Source: Diplonema japonicum
Lineage: Eukaryota > Protista > Euglenozoa: Diplonemea
DNA length: 64,000 nt
Assembly: GCA_964019335.1 (NCBI GenBank)
Contig: OZ025648.1
Coordinates: forward strand, 434,001 to 498,000
Direction of reading: 5' to 3'
Positions 61,050 through 64,000 of the stretch are shown here, one piece after another. The first letter of the stretch is position 1, and every line of letters begins with the position of its first letter. Made by a program: the position numbers and the translations under genes. The notes below the pieces were generated by a model that was not told the DNA's origin, did no database searches, and saw nothing but the letters and a program-made list of their open reading frames with translations.

Positions 61050-61645
61050 AGGTTAAAACAAAACACGACACCATATAATTTTATTGGTAAAAAACCTTTT
61101 TGTATTTTTAGTCTATGCATGACAAAATACCCGGAAATGCCAAGAAAAAAAAGGGGGTCCCCTTTAAGCATGATTGGAGAGATACTTTTTTTTTTCCTAA
61201 GCAAAAAAAAGGGGGGGAGAAGTCAAAGAGAAGCGAGCGCATCGGATGCCTTCTTTTTTTTTCCCCTTTTTTTTTTCTTCCCCTACCACCTCTCCTAGGC
61301 AGGGTTGTACACAAGCACATGGACCACGGAGAAGCACCACAAGGGAATCGATGAAAGGAGGATTGAAAGGTAAAAGAAAGAGCAGTTCAATATTGCACAA
61401 AAAAAAAAGAAAGAAAAAAAAAAAGGAAAGAACTCCTTCCTAGGTTGTAGTTACCTGACTCTGACACAATCAAAAAAAAGGCCTTTTTTTTCTTTCTTTC
61501 ATTTTTTTTTAAAGCCCACAGCAAACTTCCAAAATAAAAAAGTTCTTTCGCAAGACCAACAAAATAAAACAAGGGCTTTGGTAAAAAAAAAAAGAGAGAG
61601 AAAAGAATTATGGGGGGAAGCGGGGGAGGAGGAGCAGGAGAAGAG

Positions 61646-61676
<31 letters not shown>

Positions 61677-62115
61677 CAAGGAACAGTAATTTTGAAGACT
61701 TTGCCGCTTTAGCTATTCGGTACAAGAAAGAGGGGTTCCCCCCTCTTGGAATACCTTGAGTGATTTTTTTTTTTTCTGCAGAAGGACAAAACCAAAGCTT
61801 TCAGCAATTATTTAAAGAACGGGGGGGGGAAAAAAAACTCAAAGTACACCTATGAGAGGGAGGGGGAAAAAAAATTCAGAGACGGCACCGGTTTCCTTCC
61901 CCCTTATTATTTTATTTACTCGCTGCCTTTTTTTTTTTTAAATTACTTTACTCTCTGAGTGAGGGGGGGGGGGAACAAAATTTGTGGGGGGAGCTCTTTC
62001 TTTCTTTCCTCTTAAAAAAATTATTCTTCCTCTTTCTCAGTGGTTTCTGCACCCCCCAAAAAAAAGCCGATAAGCGGATAAAACTGAAAGGAGATAAGAG
62101 AGAGGGTATCGCTTG

Positions 62116-62155
<40 letters not shown>

Positions 62156-62266
62156 CCAGAAACCCAAAAGTGTTTTGGGGAGGGAGAGAAGAGAGATCCA
62201 GAACGGGGGGAAAGTGAGCATCCGTAACAAAAAACCACTACCACCGCTATATAGACACATTCCTGT

Positions 62267-62642
62267 TCAACTGGAGTAGGCAAAATCACCCCACTTGGTA
62301 GAGCACGACTCGATGGCACCCCAGCTTCGACTGCCTACTGCAACAGGAGAAGGCCTACCACGATATTCAAGACATTCTTTTGCAGCAATATCAGTAAAGC
62401 AAATTTCGTCGTCGCCCCAAGACCTATCCTCTGGCCCCTCTGGACAAACCGGGACGGCTGCCTCCTGGAAGCGAGTGTCAACCCTGAGGTGCTTTGTGTG
62501 CTTTCTCTGTATCCTTGCACACACGGCCTTTTTTTTTTTTTTTTTAATGGCAATTGGTATTACATCCCCCCACACACACCTGCATCAGACTCCTAGCATG
62601 ACAGTCAACTTCATCAGACCACTTTCCGCAAGCAATCTCCAT
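62267..62642 (-). CDS. Candidate 107-aa hypothetical protein; exons 62642-62580, 62527-62267
   Basis: An A-run precedes the ATG. The 52-nt CAG|GTGTGT...polyA-AG intron is in phase 0 and exon composition is coding-like. No recognised domain. Confidence 0.4.
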
Positions 62643-62750
62643 TTTTCTTTTTTTAAAGTTGGGGTTAGTGGCGAAACGTGTGTTGGATTCTGTTTTTTTT
62701 TTTTTCCCCCCTCCATGCGATCAGTTCATAACAGTCAGCAAAAAAAAAGA

Positions 62751-62816
<66 letters not shown>
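62751..62816 (+). repeat. (AAT)22 microsatellite
   Basis: Read directly from the sequence. Confidence 0.95.
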
Positions 62817-63051
62817 CCTCTCTTTTTCTTTCTTCTTTTCTTTGGCATGATGTAAATATGCACACAATTCAATTTTTTTTTACTTAATTCTGTAAAGTTA
62901 CATGAGGAAATTTATAAAGAGCCATAAAAATCAGAAATCACTTTACCGTTCACGAGTAAATGTAAAGTGAAGAATAAAGGTAAAGTAAAATCTGATTTTT
63001 ACTCTGAGCAATTTTCGGGCTTTTTCGGTATTCGTCTTCATTTTTTGCATC

Positions 63052-63108
63052 TGTGGCCGGTCAGGGTTTCAGGGGTCGAGGGTTCAAGCCCCGAGGGACC
63101 GTTTTTTT
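63052..63108 (+). pseudogene. Degenerate tRNA-like 3' half (B box, T7)
   Basis: GGGTCGAGGGTTCAAGCCCC followed by TTTTTTT. The A box is weak. Confidence 0.45.
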
Positions 63109-63124
63109 GACCCCGATTTTATCG

Positions 63125-63203
63125 AAAAAAGTTCGGGGTCCAGGATTTGATCTGGCGTCTCCAGGAGACGAGTGCGACGACATGACCACTGAGCTACAGC
63201 ATG
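63125..63203 (-). pseudogene. Degenerate tRNA-like unit (A box, B box, T6)
   Basis: TAGCTCAGTGGT ... GGAGACG CCAGATCAAATCCTGG ... TTTTTT. No acceptor stem. Confidence 0.55.
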
Positions 63204-63663
63204 TTGCGCTTTTACAAACGTCGCCAACCCAAACCAGAGTCAGGTATCTGAGGCAAAAAACAGTCAAGCATCCGAGGCAAAGAGGCATAAACACACTTCA
63301 CCACGTTTCCGGGCCACCAAGCATCACACCTGAGGCTGGCAAATGCCGAAAATTACACTGGCCATGCATACAGGCGTTCTTTTGCACAATACCTTGTTGA
63401 TGAAGGAACCTGCTATCTTGGCTGGAAGTCAGACCTGATCAAGCCCCCGCGCAAAACCAGCAGTTTCTGAAGAGCGATGATCAAGCGCCGACACAAATTA
63501 GACAAAACCTACAGAATTCTGTCAATTTGACATCGCCTTCTCAGACAATCAGGCTTAGTTTTGACATCAGTGTGAACATTTCGCAGAAGTGAACATAAAG
63601 GGTTCACAGTGTCCGAAATTTCCTCATTTAACTTTACAAAAATTAAGTAAAATATCATACTAA

Positions 63664-63813
63664 ATAAAAATCAGCCAGATTTTTACTCGGAATCTTTTTT
63701 TTTTTTTCACTCGTTTTTTTTTTGAATTTTCACTCGCTTCGCTCGTGAAATTCAACTACTCGTGAAAAAAAAAAAAAAAATTCCTCGTAAAAATCAGGTA
63801 ATCTGATTTTTAT
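63664..63813. mobile_element. Palindromic foldback element; shorter relative at 62925-63001
   Basis: ATAAAAATCAG...CTGATTTTTAT ends, paired T and A runs, and ttgaattt..cac/gtgaaattcaa around the central ctcgcttcgctcg. Confidence 0.75.
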
Positions 63814-63816
63814 TTT

Positions 63817-64000
63817 TTATATCTTCCGTTTTTTGTCCAACAGATGGAGATATGTCATAGTAGTGCCCAGTACAGAGTCCGTCCACTGGCTTCTACTCGA
63901 AGGGAGGCGGAAGCAAGGCTCAGGCGGCGGCGTCGGTTTCCACGCTTTCCTGCACAGCTCTAACTTGTCTATCTGCCTCTTGCGGGCCTTCGTGAACTCT
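63817..64000 (-). CDS. 3' end of an upstream hypothetical gene (5'-partial)
   Basis: Open frame EFTKARKRQIDKLELCRKAWKPTPPPEP...LLDKKRKI* on the same strand as the cluster. Confidence 0.6.
   Translation of the reverse strand, partial: EFTKARKRQIDKLELCRKAWKPTPPPEPCFRLPSSRSQWTDSVLGTTMTYLHLLDKKRKI

Larger units (their letters stand above)
62878..63652. mobile_element. Non-autonomous element bounded by 36/37-bp inverted repeats
   Basis: 62878-62913 versus the reverse complement of 63616-63652 shows 2 mismatches and 1 indel. No transposase ORF recognised. Confidence 0.65.

Noticed and set aside
63052-63203. Functional tRNA genes
   Set aside because: No acceptor or anticodon stems, so kept only as tRNA-like remnants.
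63397-63470. C/D box-like TGATGA...CTGA, also at 59271-59312 and ~62583-62617
   Set aside because: Too short, or no recognisable rRNA-complementary guide.
1-64000. CRISPR arrays, rRNA, SL RNA gene, autonomous transposase or reverse transcriptase
   Set aside because: None recognised in the sequence.

Overview
Eukaryotic nuclear DNA, most likely a diplonemid-type euglenozoan. This is an inference from about 14 unrelated genes all on the minus strand, as in a polycistronic cluster, but with frequent cis-spliceosomal introns, which kinetoplastids nearly lack. GC-rich exons are separated by homopolymer-rich spacers. Genes from left to right: Cys-repeat/multi-FAS1 surface protein (3'-partial, missed by the ORF track), F-box-like protein, ELMO-domain protein, purple acid phosphatase, ABCA transporter, two tandem Dispatched-like sterol-sensing (SSD)/RND proteins, PPR-like protein, coronin, STI1/Hop, receptor-type cyclase-like protein, a ~5,700-aa PH/coiled-coil giant, FOP/LisH protein, a small candidate gene and a 5'-partial gene. 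I reconstructed 14 introns by hand. Thirteen are only 31-64 nt, one is GC-AG, and about half have poly(A) instead of a polypyrimidine tract before the AG. The extreme case is GTATGC-A30-G. Other points of note: near-identical DNA tracts limited to the membrane domains of the two Dispatched paralogues, a foldback element inside an ABCA intron, several MITE-like palindromes, and an inverted-repeat-bounded element carrying two degenerate tRNA-like units tail to tail. All alignments and folds were done by eye.
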